A DNA stretch of 64,000 bases, taken from assembly GCA_965285935.1 (NCBI GenBank), contig OZ260666.1, positions 40,548,001-40,612,000 on the forward strand, given 5' to 3'. The stretch is from Ophelia neglecta (lineage: Eukaryota). Each line of letters begins with the position of its first letter. Positions within the stretch are counted from its first letter, which is position 1. Below, piece after piece: positions 1-13,983 of the stretch. A program made the translations under genes and the position numbers. Under the pieces are notes generated by a model, which ran no database searches, was not told the DNA's origin, and worked only from the letters and a program-made list of their open reading frames with translations.

Positions 1-742
1 CCTCAATAATAATGCAAAATGACCTTAACTAATTTTTTTCAGGTCATTAATAAAGTTAACTAGTTAATTTATTACACACATTGTAGTACTGAGGATCCAT
101 ATAACCTCAATAATAATGAAAAACTGCCTTAACTAATTTTTTTTCAGGTCATTAATAAAGTTAACTAGTTAACTTATTACACAGTACTAGTTAACTTGTT
201 ACACAGATTGTAGTAGCTTCTATATAACCTTATTAATACGGCAGGTCATTAATAAAGTTGGTTCCATATGACCTCAAGAATAATGCAAAACCACCTTAAC
301 TAATTTTCAGGTCATTAATAAAGTTAACTAGTTAATTTATTACACAGATTGTATATAGTTATTACATGAATCATGTCACAAAACTTCAAGCCAATATCAT
401 CTATACTTTGGAATATTTGATAGAAAATGTGTTTTTGACATAATTAATTAATTATTTTAACTAATTAATAATTATCAGAAATTCACCAGAATAAATACAG
501 GTCTTCCTCTCAATAAGGTCTATGGCTGTGTCAAATAAGAAAAAGATGTATCAAATATTTTTTGTGTTATTGCGGAAAATGCGTTTCTGACGTAATTAAT
601 TAATTGTTTTAACTAATTAATAATTATTGGATTTTCACCAAAATCTAATCAGTTCCTCCTCTCAATAAGGTCTATGGCTGTGTTGAATTTGAAAAAGATG
701 TACGAAATGGTTTTTGAGTTATCGCGTTAACGACTAAAATCT

Positions 743-773
<31 letters not shown>

Positions 774-812
774 TACTGAAAACATAATATCCGCATTTCG
801 CGGATATAATAA
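1..812 (-). mobile_element. Second HINE-like family, truncated by the window edge, in the last PAXIP1 intron
   Basis: Terminal hairpin ATATCCGC-N5-GCGGATAT (787-807), (GGC)n microsatellite at 744-772, and tandem sub-repeats (CAGGTCATTAATAAAGTTAACTAG x4; ~140-bp unit x2). Same architecture as the 37931 element but different sequence. Confidence 0.65.
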
Positions 813-1396
813 TGGTTTTGTTGAAGAATCTTCTTCAGAAATGGAGACTATAATTTCTTCCAGTAACAGCTCACAGAAAGGTTTAGTCTCATGACATTTG
901 GAAACTCTCAAAATCTATTTCTTGTTTCATGACTCCAGTCAAAACAAACTCTGCATTGTGCACCCCTGCAAGGCAAAGAATTCAAATCAAACATAACTGA
1001 GTAAAATTGAATTAAAACTAAGAAATAAAGAGAGTGCTATGACCATAGCCAGGGGTAGGGGGATTTATCTTATATGCTTATCTCAAGGATGTTTTAATAC
1101 AATAACATTTCTGACAACACATGAAAACAGTTATCGAATTATAAATATGCAGCAAATTCAAAGTCCTTATGTGACTAATTAAAGGTCATAATAAATATAT
1201 TCTACTGAAGATATCAACTTTATCAGCCATCACTTTCTTCTCAGAAATGTGCCACTTAATCTCAATTTTCTAAGACAAAACCTGTATTTTATTACTAAAA
1301 CCACTGCCTACGTAGGTTTTCCTAGATAGCTCTAAGGTATCTTTGACAATCCAAGTTTGTACAATAAGCCCTATATATATATCACAGAGCACTTAC

Positions 1397-4300
1397 CAAT
1401 GTTTCTCGCCTGCAGGTCTGCACAGAGATGTAGGTCATTGACACTACTTAGCACCACAAAAATTGGGAGACCCTGTTAAAAACAAAAGAGACATTCTAAG
1501 TACCATAATGTGTAAGTTAGCTCAGAACAGGGTACAGGGAAACCTTTGTAATCAGGTCAGTCAAGCGACTGGGCCAGAGTGACCTGATTATGCAGGTTCA
1601 GTTTAGTCAGATATGCCAAATTGTTTTTTTCAGACAGTGATTATTACTAGACATTTATTTCTAGTAACTGATTTCTCTGATGATAAATAGATTTTAATCG
1701 CCAGAATGCTATGTTGTAAATTATTCAACACCAAAGATGTGACTTGGTCCACAGCAGCTCTGTATAGCCCCCATGTTTGATTTGTGTACTGGGCAATCGA
1801 TGTTATTTGAAGACATGTGTGTATCACATTACCCCAAAGGAAAAGAATAAAGGTTTGGTTAAAATATAGTTTATTCCCTTCTTTGATGCGTGGGAATGTC
1901 ATGACACTACTTGCCCTGAGACAAACAGGTCTATGTGTGACCACTGGGCACCTCTGACAAACACAATGCTGATTAATGACTGGGAGCATCATGCCAGTGA
2001 CCGGGGTCGGCTATAGGGTTTGATGAACATTGTCAACGGTTAATTGATATGGCATGTGGCTGCCTTGTATGGGTTAAATGGCATTTGGGACCTGATTTAT
2101 TCACCTTAAACGACATTGTACAGGTGAACGGGATGTAGATAGCCAGCCAGTATGTATAGGTGACCGATACGTGCAGGTGAAGAGTAAGGCAGGTAACTGC
2201 CAAACTGACTTTTTAAATTTTAAAACCAGTAATGATGAAAATAGTTTTTACCACTCACATTTAAAACCATAATAAGCTAGCACTATATATCCAGCATTTT
2301 GCACTACAGAAACTATTTAATTTGAACACGGCTCTCTTAGAACAATAAACTTTGTAGTTTACTTGTTGTCTGCCATTATGCAGAAAGCTCAAGAGTATGT
2401 GTAGCACATTGTTTGACCTTGTTGTTAACCCGACTGGCGATGGTTCTGGCAGAGGGCCTCCTGTCTGTCACAGTCCCACTAGCGCTCTGTATAATATCTG
2501 TGAGAAGTGCCCTTCCTGGGTAAATATCTGGTGTCAGGTAAAATGTCATATCCTATAATAAAAAGTACTACTCACTTAAAATAACAAAATGTCACTAGCT
2601 GGCTCGGCAAGAGTAAGCGACACCAGAGAAGTTATAAAATCCCCGGAACTCAAGCAGGAAGCGAATATAAAGAGACACAACTATACAAAATATCCAGGAA
2701 GTGTGCATAGTTTACATATAGTTTAAATCAACCTTTCAATTTGTCTATACTATACATATTTTGGATTATATTCCTATTATCTTATACAGAAGTGTGCTGC
2801 CTCAATCCCAATTTAATTTGACGATGGTACCCATCATAATTCACTTATAGACATAATTGTAAAATAACTTGCCTTAAACAATTTTGCTTGATGTGCCCTT
2901 TTCAGAGCTTCGCTCAGTTTGAAGTTGAATTCCCGTTCTGTGAGCTCATCTTTGAGAGTGTACTTTTCCTCGTTGAGGAACCTCCCCTCTCGGGCACTGT
3001 GTTCTATCCAATCAGGAGTGACTGTGTACTTGACAACACTAAGAGCTGTCAAAAACTTGACCGTTCGGGAAATACTACTGGCTACTAGATGGGTGGCACC
3101 AGACGCCGATGTTACAACCCGACCCCCCAGCTTCTGGACGTCCTACAGGCCAAAGAAAGATTCAACATGAAGAGCTACATACAACTGTCATGCCTTGGGA
3201 GACCAAGTGAGCTAAACAAGTCTCCTTTTATAAAGTTACTTAAGATTCAATGCATTCAATTTTTTCTCGTTCTAAAGACAAACCTATAGGTTGATTTAGG
3301 TCTCACATAAACAATGGCTTACCGTTTTTTAAGACACATTCATACTTATAATGATATGCACTTCTATCTGGTACACTGTAAAATCTGGTATATTGTAAAT
3401 TTTTGTGATGTTTATGTGCAACTTTAAATTAATTCCTGTGAACCTTAAAGACTTACAGCAGTGTGTGCCGAGATACTGCTGAGTCGCATAATTAAATTCA
3501 AGTGAAAAAGTGTTTTTTTTTTATTTGAAAAAACATAATTCCCGCAAACATTTCCAACTTTACAGGAGATATGATTTTACAATAGCTCAAGTTTATATAT
3601 AACCTTTACCAGAGATAAAAATATATGAACAACAAAGTCTTGAATACGACTGCTAGGAGACAGGTGTGAATGTAAAGAGGCTAGACTTACGCTGGTGATT
3701 TGTCTTGCCTTCCCTTTTGTCAGCCCAGTGACGAGCACCACGGGCAGCGCCATCTCACGGTTTTCTTTGTCAGAATTCTCGCCGGCTTCATGGTTCTCAG
3801 TAGATGAAGAAGGAAGCTCTAACCTACAACAGATTAAGGACACATATTAATAAATGAAATATATGACAGGTCAACTAATGTACCAAACACATGACTGGCT
3901 TCAGTGCTCCTTAACAAGCAAAAGAACACACAAAAGTATTTAATAGAATCATCACTTTGACTGTCTATCACATTCACCTATTTTATTTGATATATCCCAC
4001 AATTCAAACACACACATATATATGTATATCCGTTCATAGAGCACATTGAGTTAAATAGTAAGGTCATGAGAAAAGACTGAAGATACTTAAGGAAGCCTTA
4101 CTTGGCTTTCTTTTCAGGCGGGTTTTCTATGTCTTCCGCCTTTCTTTTCACTCCCTGTCCTTCTGCGGTTGACTCGACGACAGATTCTGGCTTTAGAGCT
4201 GATGTTTTGCCCTCTGATTCACCATGCTCCGTTTTATCACTGGTGCTATCACAAGTCGTAGGAGCTGCTGGCCCCTGAGCTTGAACACTGAATTTACCCT

Positions 4301-7300
4301 CCGAGGCCAGACCTTCAACCCCTGTCTCTAGGCTACCAACAGTATTCGAGTCGGCTGTCTGGTTAGCTACAATGGTTGGCTGGCTTTCAGATTTTGGGGT
4401 AGATCCTTCTGCAATGGCCAAGTTGTTTTCAGATAGTCCAACTAAATTTTGTCCATGATTTACTGAGTTTGTAGCAGATTCTAATGCATTTTGCCCCATG
4501 TTTGTTAGCTGATGTGTACTGTTCATCTGCTCAGCAGGATTGAGACCACTGTTGACCAGGTTATGGGCCTGGGCCAGTGTGGTCAGTGCTGAGCTGGCGT
4601 TAGGCGTCTGCACTGGTCTCTGACTGGTACTACCTTGACTACTACGACTGGTACCCTTCAATAGGGAACTGGGCTGGAACTTCTAAAAAACACAATGGTC
4701 AATTCATAATAATTCATCAACAAAAAAATTCACATAATAAAGCGTCCATACCAAATTAAAAGGGTCAATTCAATGTAAAAAAACATTGTTAGAAATGCAT
4801 ACATCCATCTCAGAAAAATGATACTTGATCTATCTATCTGTTTATGAACACAACCATGGATTATTATAAATCACACGAACAGTCCTTTAACAAGGTGGGA
4901 GGGCAAAAACATGTTTAAGGAGCACTTAACCTACCTTCCATGTTTCCTTAGATATTTTTATTGGTGTCTTCCAACCTTCTGAAAATGAGATAATAGCATA
5001 TTTAAAACTTAAACGTACAAATACACTTTGGTGACATTTTACATGCCATGCTTCCACCATTAAAGGAATTAACATTTATCATGTTTTTAGACAATGAATG
5101 ATACTGGGCTTGGTCTTGGCATTAATTATCATTTACCTGATACTGCTTATTAATGTAATGTACATGAATCTAGCAATGATTTGAACTAGCCTCAGTAACT
5201 AAGGTGTATACCAAAAACCCACCCAGCAGATGGCAGACTCTCCAGGAGTCAATCTTGAAAGGATCTTCTAATAAATAGTTTGTATATTTTTGGTCTAGTG
5301 GCAGTTTAAGTGCATGTAGTTCTCCAAACATCAGATCATTGAGCCACTGAACATTGACACATGGTACCCTCCACTCCGAGGCCTTATCGTACTTAGCACC
5401 AATTAACCTGGGGAGAAAGAACACTTTATTATATTTGAACCACAATTTACCCTTACCACAATATACTAACAGGATATAACATAGGAGTGGTGAATAAAGC
5501 TAAGAGCAGTAAGGCAGGCTGTCCAAATCATTCATATAATGAAGACTTGCCATATTTTTTTTTTCATTCTTACACCCTACCCAGTGTTGGTCTGTGCCAT
5601 GTAACCAGAATACTTTAAAGTACTTAAAGATTACAAAAAGGTTAGTCATTTCATGTACCCAGTGTAAATACTTCTTACAGACCACCACAGCAATATCACC
5701 ATGGTCTTTACCTTTTACAGACTGCCAGGACATTAGCCTATGCAAGTTACCATGGAACTTACCTTTTACAGACTACGACAGAGTTGGCTCGTGTCATATA
5801 CCCAGTGTATTTCGCTCCGATTGCCCCAATCATCGACTTGACCCGCTCACGTTCTATGCCATCAAAATTGGTAACACAAATTATCTGCAAAAAATAGCGC
5901 TAGTTATAAGAAAAGGAATCAGTCATAATGTGGGTCAATATGACAACATGTATTGTGTGCAATTTCCTGTACTATTAAATCACAAACTGGTTTTGGATCA
6001 TGTAGTAGCTGTCTATAATTATATCCACTTATATCCACTTAATCGAAGGAAATGTCACTTTTGAAGATCAAAAACAGACCCCTCTTTGTTGGTTCCTCAC
6101 CTGCCTGCCCCTAAATGCTTTCACTGCACTCCCAGCCCCAAAATATGAATTTTACTTCACCACCACCCCAACCAGCCCTCAACACCTTATCCACATTTTT
6201 AAATGGAACTTTCTTCAGCCAAAAATCTGACCTGAATGTAGGACTTAATACATATGGTGACACCTGGCATTATTAAAAATAATATTGAAAATATAAAGTG
6301 GAACCACTGAATTAGAAGCTGACCAGAGCAGTACAGTTTTACAGGAAGTCCACTTTATTTTTATTCATAATAAACTTGGCATATAGCAGCCAATGAATCT
6401 CACAACAAAGGAAATAAATAACAACAAACAAACTTATCATGCAATGAACATGTAAAAAACCCTAGGAAAAATAAAATTTACATATTGTAGCATAGCCATT
6501 ACCTGAGGACAGATAAACTGCTGTTTCTTGACATAACAGTTATGGTCAAACACAGCGTTTTCTTTGTCGTGGTTTAAATACATTTTTTCAATCTGTGCAA
6601 GTGACATCAATTTTAATGTGAAACTTACTTTATTAATGTTAAATGACAAGCATATAGAAGTTGTCAACTATGTTCTGAAAACCAGTGATTGTTTTTCTCT
6701 TAATGAAGATTTAGCTCCTACACTGTTCATCTCAAATATGATAGTGCTTAGAAAATTAGGTAAATAGGCAGTAAAACAGAACAACACATATTGTGTTAGT
6801 GTTCACATGATGTAAAGAACAAACAGTGATATTTCTTGGAAGAAAATACTAGGTCAACTATTAAATGCTAGTAAAAAACTGTACATAAAATATCTACATA
6901 ATAATGACCAACATTGTATGTATCAAAAGATCTAAGTTCTATACATTCCTCTATATCCAGACTATCATCCTGAATATGTATACACTTAAACACACTATTA
7001 TAAGCAGACACAAGGTAGTTTGAGACTGTGTAGTTACAAGGTTACCTGGTTGCTGGCTGGTCTCTCTTTGGCGTAGACCGAGGGGAAGTGCAAGGCCAGC
7101 CAGGGAGGCACCATCTTCTTCTGGAGGAGGCAGTCATTAAGCCAGTGAGCCGTCACAAGTCTCTTGCCATCCCGTAGAGCCTGTGTAGGATTTAAACTAT
7201 ACCTATACTATACTACTAACCATATCAGAAAGATAGATCTAAGTTGTTATCAGGGATAATTTATAAGACACTTTTCGGTTTTTTGCATCAGTTATAGTTC

Positions 7301-10300
7301 AAAACTAGGATTCTGTCTCTAGCCACTGTCTTTTATGTTGAACTCTGTAGGAGTACATGAGAGAACAGTGTTTTACCAGTTGGAAAACATCACTTTTCTG
7401 GTGCTCACATAGAACATGTGTGACTCTATTTGAGTAGGACTCATCCAGGAAGCCACCATGCTGCTCAATGACCTGAAAAAACATAAACAAACCAAATTAT
7501 TTTTATATTTCAAACATCTTCTCAGCAAAATGTGATCATTATACATGCACTGAGTTGAATTGAATGACTTTATTACCAAAGGTAAACTGAAAATGTAGCA
7601 ATGATTGGCAGTACAGATGAATACAGTGAAACCTTTATATTGAGAGCAAACAAGGGACTGCAAAATACTGGTTTGTATAAAGAGTTGGTCTGTTTGTTTT
7701 TTTGTTTGTTTACTTTAAATTTAAATATTATATTTAAAATATACAATATGTGGTCTTCTGATATCGGGCCTTAATTGACAGGGGGTCTGAATATAGAGGT
7801 GGTCTTTAAGGCAGGTTTCACTGTATAATAATAAATATATAAATATGTATAATAAATGGTTGAAATTTGAAGATATTGGTACAAATCAAACTTGCAAAAA
7901 GTGACTGTTTAATGTATATCATATTGTAATAGGTAAGGGAAATATTTATAAAATTACATATAAAATAGACAAATCAAGATATATTAAAGTACCATTGAAC
8001 AGAAATAATCATTTTAGATTACAAATCAGACTCACAAATCACATTATAACACAACATAACATAACAATCTGTTCTATTGATCTGTGGTAAAGACCAGCCA
8101 ACAAAATATATAATAATGTGCCCTACCCTTTTCCATGTGGCCAGCTGCTCTGCTGTGATGTGTTTCTGATAGTCAGTAATATAAAACACACAGCCAATCA
8201 GACACAGGTCTTCAGGAACTGAAAAGGAATATCATTAAGAAACGTAGGATGGTCGTGTCAATGTACCATCCCTATCAACAGCAATTTGGGATGGGGTCTG
8301 AAAATGAATACTACTTGGGATGGGGGTCTGAAAATGAATATTTCTTGGGATGGGGGTGGGGGGGGTGGGGTGGGGGGGTCAGAAAATTAATATTTTGTGA
8401 TGGGGATCTCAAAATGAATATTATTAAGGAATGCATTATCTCCCATAATGTTCTTCTATCATTGCCTAGTGTTGGTACAAATGATGAACACGATAGACAT
8501 AGACACGCACCTATTTCATTTGGATCGTGTCCATAGCAGATGGCAACTTCTGGCTGTGAGGGTCTTGCAAGCTGTAGATGGTGAGAGAGATTGGTGTATC
8601 TGCCTGGCGACAAGGGCCGAGGAGGTCTATTAAGTGTGGACACTAGCTGGCTTATCTGTACAATACAAGACAACATTTGAGAAACAAATACATAATAAAA
8701 TATCAAAATATCTAAACTTCACTCTATTCTTAAATAAGCTACCTTAGCTCTGCCTGGCGAGCGAGGAGCCTTGGGTGTCTTTGGCGTCCTGCCATCATTT
8801 GTAATATTCCGCAGCATGTTCCGTGGAGACTGTCCTCGTAGTCCAGGGGCCACCGTGCCTCTCTGGGCTAGTGGCATCTGAGGCATCATGGGATACATTC
8901 CCGCTGGATATTGATGTCTTGGGGTGCTAGTCTGTTACAAACCAGGAAGTATACATTTAGTTTCAATCCACGTAAGATACACACTAATAGTGGGTTATCA
9001 ACACGGAGCTTATATAATATTCCTGATTTTTGAATAAAATGGAGCAATGTATTTTCGTCTTACATAAGGTTTGTTTTGCAGCATTTTGGCCAGTGCCTCT
9101 TTGGTTCTACTGGTCTCTGAGCGGGGAGACTTCAGGATAGGTGTCAGTAGACTTGGTGGCCCTATCGGAGGAGGGGTGATGGACTTTCCTGCAATTAAAG
9201 ATAGGAGTCAGTTTCTAAAGGTTGTGTATAAGTCAAAAGCATATATCATTAGAGCACTTGGCCCAATTATTATTATGATGTTTTAAAAAAAAACAAGTCT
9301 GTCAAAACAATTATTTCATATAATACCTGGAGATGGTGGTTGTATTATTTCTCGACCTGGTGGTTTCTTCTTTTCAGGGATGTCAAACACCATGAGCCGG
9401 GGATGATATCTTTTGGCATCTTCCTGGGCTCCCTTCGCCACGCTCTCCGTCACCCAATCAGGGGTGACTATGAACACCTTGTCAGAGTGCCGAGTGGCAA
9501 TGTCAAATTTAGCCTGGAACATATTAAACATACCCAACAGGTGTAAACTGACAGAATGAAAAAAGGCATATTATTCTGATAGTTGGCATATTTATTGCAA
9601 CTGATCTTAAATTAATCTCAATTTATTTTAAATTCATTTGCACAATCTAGATAACAAGGAGTAAAATAATAATATAACATAAAATATATCACATATGCCT
9701 AACTTCTTGTTATTCGTTGACATTGATTCTAATATATTGAGATAATACTATAATTCTTAATGATATTGATTTCATGACAAGTAAATTGTACGTCTACCCC
9801 TGCTGTGTTGGTGGTGACCAGATGGGTGACATTTCTGTTGAACTCGGCCTGACATTTGCCTCCATGAACCGTCAACAAAGCCCAGATGTTCTTCTGATCC
9901 TCACGAGATACCTAACAGTTAAAAAGTTCATTTACCTTCATTTCTCATTGATGTATTATAACATGTGATGTCAAATAACTCAACAAATAATGACTAGCAT
10001 ACAACAGGCTTATTGAAATATATGCATGGAAATTCTTAAAATTTGCAACTCTTAAGCCAAAATGTTTTCCTCTCCTCAAATGACCAATAGTTTAAATCAC
10101 AAGGAAATGTGTTAGCTTCAGAATACTCTTTTCAATTTGACTTTGGCAGGAAGCTTACTACACGCATAAATTATTACTAACGGAAAGGGGCATAAAAATG
10201 TTATTTAGTTAACATACAAGATACACAATGTAGTACCGCACTGACGGTACAGGACGTAATGAGGCACAGCCAAATATTATATACCCTTTTTTCAAGAGAG

Positions 10301-10978
10301 AATACAAATATTTAAATTCAGGAGATAAAATTTACAAACATGTGATATATGCAATAACTGAAAGGGGACCTACTTGGGAAGGACAGGCCACCACACCAGA
10401 GAAAATCTTCTTTGAGTCTGGAGTAAATGCATTTGTTCTGTTCTACTGTCAAGGTTCATATGCAGTTCCCATTCATAACATGATAAAGAACATTGAATTG
10501 AGGGTTATTAGATGTAAGGTCACACAATTCTTTCTAATTAGAATAAGACTTTGTATGATGTATTTCAATAATATAGGACTTTACCACATATAGCAAATCT
10601 ATACGATTGAATGCAATATAATATAATGAGAATATCCCTAAATTAAACATTGTCTATTTGTTATGTCAATTAAATAAGAATCCTAGGATTTTATCAGATG
10701 TCCCAAGCAGAAGCCAGTTAGCNNNNNNNNNNNNNNNNNNNNNNNNNNNNNNNNNNNNNNNNNNNNNNNNNNNNNNNNNNNNNNNNNNNNNNNNNNNNNN
10801 NNNNNNNNNNNNNNNNNNNNNNNNNNNNNNNNNNNNNNNNNNNNNNNNNNNNNNNNNNNNNNNNNNNNNNNNNNNNNNNNNNNNNNNNNNNNNNNNNNNN
10901 NNNNNNNNNNNNNNNNNNNNNNNNNNNNNNNNNNNNNNNNNNNNTGACTCTCTCATGACTCTCTCTTCTCCTCTCTCC

Positions 10979-11028
<50 letters not shown>

Positions 11029-13983
11029 CTCATTTTGTGGCCCCAGAGAAAAAGCTGGCTGAAATGCTGAGAATCATTTCATCCTACTTTGTTGTACACT
11101 CTCTGTCAGTTAAAAGGATACGGTAGTAAACACCCACATTTGATGGACAGTGTTACCCATTGGCCCTGCAAAATAAAATAATGTAATCTAAATACACTAT
11201 CAGGAGAATAAAACTTACAATGTATATATGTATGTTTTATGCTTTACTTCTTATAACATAAGGTTGGACAGCTTGTGAGCAACAACAGGAGAATACAGCA
11301 GAATATAGCACAGGAGAACAGACAGAGCCAATACTATCTAAAATAATATTCATTTCTGTCTCCATTTGCTTTCTCGAAAAAAGACATATAATTCAAAACT
11401 TTTACATAATGGATATATAATGCTATTATAAACTTTAAACTAATAGGGCGAGTTATGTAATACCTTGGTAAGTACAAAGCAGGCAATTCAAAATATTAAG
11501 GACATTCTATAATCAAACTTTTCTGTTCTTCAAAGATTACAGGGAAAGTCTGTCAACTTCTTGACTCTTCCAACTGGTCATAATACAAGGCTTACTCTAC
11601 TTACAGTAATGAATTATGTTTACAAAGTATTTTCAACAACATTAAATGGCTGACTAATCAGTTCACAAATCTCTGTATACAGCATCTCATTTCTTCAAAA
11701 TTACTTTTCAAATCTTGGTGATATCAGTCCATAACTGTTTCTTTACATATATTCAAAAAATCATTTTTATCCCTAACCACTTGATTTTCCAACATAAAAT
11801 TAAAGCCAAAGGTAAAAAGTAAACATTTATTATCTGTGGCATTTATCATCTTGCATGTAGCATTAAGAAAAAAGTACACTCATGATAAAGAGTTTATTAT
11901 TTTCTTGATCTGTAGGAGAAAAACCAATATTTATCTATTCTGCAAGAACTACTTATAAGCAGGGGATAACAAGCAAATCAGCCATAAACAAATTTATTTC
12001 ATATAATAGGTTTTTGCCTGTCCATGATAACCAAATTTCAGCAAGGGGCAAATGGGGCAAAGTAGCCTGTCAAAACATGTATTTTCCATACCACCCAATA
12101 CCCAAAGCAAAGAATTGGGCTAGTTACCATGACTACAGGAAGTTCAAACAGTTCCCTGGCCACTGTGTATTCATCCTCCTGGTCATCGTCACATATGGCA
12201 TGGGTCACCATCTCAGACAGGTAGGTCTCATGTTTGGCGCCACCTGTCTGCAGCAGATTGGAAATCTGGCAAAAAGGAATTGAAAATATTTGTTCATAAT
12301 ATGTTTGTAATGATATATATACTTCCTAAAGATTGAGGATGATGACACTCTTAAGTTCCAAAAATAGAAATTCTGCATAGCCAGTTCCATGTACAATGTA
12401 TGCAAATGAGGCTGGCTATACGGGAATATATGCATCTGTCGTGGAGAACCAATCAAATCCACAGAATCTTGCTAGACGATAATTACACATCTTCTTAAAT
12501 CAAAGGCATTACTAGTCAAAAACAATTTATTCTATTGGCCAATAATTACTTTTTTAGAAGTATATGATAAAAAAAACTATAGGCTTGAAGGCTTACTTGA
12601 AACTGTGCAACTCGAGAGTAAAATGTGAGCCAATCTCAAAGAACCCCACACCCGCCCCCCTCCCCATCCCTCAGACTGTTAGCTTCGAAATATGTTAATA
12701 TATAGGCCTATATCTGCATTTTACACACTAACCTAGTTTCAGAGCATACCAACTGAATAAAGTCTTGTTTTTATGTGGCAGGGGCCAACACTAACTTTTC
12801 TCAGCACTTGCCCTAAGGGCAAGTAGCACCAGGAAACTACTTGCCCGCACCATAGGCTTACTGTCCCAAAAATATTTGTACATATAAAATATAAAACACA
12901 TCCGACAATTTGGGCGATTTAGGGAATTTCAGCAGGTTGCCCGGCAGGATGTTAGTAACTAAAAGCTTTGTACACGCAAGCAGATTTGAGGTGCCCCGGG
13001 ATATCAGGCAATAGTTAGTGTAGACCCCTGTGTGGTAATCAGTTGTAACCCCCACCCATCAAACCCACAGGCATTAGGGGGATAATGGGATTTTCCCAGG
13101 CAAAGGTGTGTGAACCCACAGTGGTTTCTTCCCTTTTAAGTCCCCGGTCCCACAAGCTTTTCTGACGATATCCAGTTAGGTAACCTGGTTAAGGGAATTT
13201 ATCTGGACCTCTCGGTGGTTTTCCTCATAATTTCCTTTTAAAAAAGGCCCTTTTGGGAAGGGGATGTACCAATTTTCCACTTTTCAAAAGTAAAATCCCC
13301 ACCATGATTCAGAGTCAGGGTAAGGGGGTAACAATTGATCACCACCCTATTTTGGCTGAATTTAGATCAAATAAGATCAGGCCAATTACGCCACCTATTG
13401 ATTCACAGGATACAACTGCCAACCCTTTCTAATTAACATATATATCCTATAATCAATAATAAAACTTCTTTTTTAGGATATGAACTTTTTCTTTCACTGG
13501 TTTGACTGAGGCACCTTTTATTGAGATTTTGTCAATAAAAGAATGGCCAAGTTTTAACTACACTTTAACATGTCTAGCAGTCTGATGTTAGCATCAAAGC
13601 CTGTACTCAGCAAACTGGTCCAGCAAACCTGGAGCTGGCTATGAAGCTTGCTAGAGTGGGGCCCCTTTTTTTTTGAGGTTTGGCCTTGGCCACCAGATTT
13701 ATTATGAGACTAGTTCACTTAAAAGTTTACGAGGCAGTGTAAGCATTTACTAGTCTAAGTTTTTCAGTTCGACATTAGCTTCAATGCCTGGGCATGAGCA
13801 TAAAATTTTTTAGCGGGAACTCGTGTATCAGGACGTTTAGCTGCTTATTCTCATAATCTTTCACAATATTTATCCTTTCATACACACCTTATTATCCACA
13901 TTGCCAATCAAATAATACTTCACGTGCTGGAAGAAATTATCAGGCACATTCAGCTTTGTAGATCTTTCCGAATCTTCCCCCAT
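1397..13983 (-). CDS. PAXIP1: PAX-interacting protein 1 (PTIP), six-BRCT-domain protein; 3'-partial (final exon lies left of the window)
   Basis: Hand-spliced exons (minus): 13983-13888, 12265-12128, 11165-11122, 10437-10374, 9911-9798, 9513-9327, 9188-9064, 8931-8743, 8655-8511, 8218-8127, 7472-7377, 7180-7046, 5884-5763, 5407-5223, 4978-4935, 4682-4102, 3823-3691, 3142-2873, 2552-2418, 1472-1397. Phases are consistent (2971 nt). Motifs recalled from PTIP: [115 protein letters not shown]. Confidence 0.93.
7624..7823. mobile_element. Tigger/pogo-type MITE
   Basis: TA-CAGTGAAACCT...AGGTTTCACTG-TA with internal GGTC repeats. Confidence 0.75.
10723..10944. other. Assembly gap (N run)
   Basis: Run of N. 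Confidence 1.
10945..11030. repeat. (CT)n microsatellite next to the assembly gap
   Basis: Seen directly in the sequence. Confidence 0.9.
12779..13030. mobile_element. Probable hAT-like MITE in PAXIP1 intron 1
   Basis: 17-bp TIR CAGGGG(C/T)C(A/T)ACACTAAC and internal GGGCAAGT/ACTTGCCC motifs. Only a 5-bp flanking repeat (TGTGG) is visible. Confidence 0.55.

Larger units (their letters stand above)
10438..11121 (-). other. U12-type (minor spliceosome) GT-AG intron of PAXIP1
   Basis: Donor GTATCCTTTT; branch-site-like ACCTTGAC about 12 nt before the CAG acceptor; no polypyrimidine tract. Confidence 0.85.

Noticed and set aside
672-911. Poly-proline ORF considered as the last PAXIP1 exon
   Set aside because: The Pro run comes from the (GGC)n microsatellite of a repeat element, and the expected PTIP C-terminal motif is absent.
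10658-11062. ORFs spanning the N run
   Set aside because: Artefacts of the assembly gap and the (CT)n repeat.
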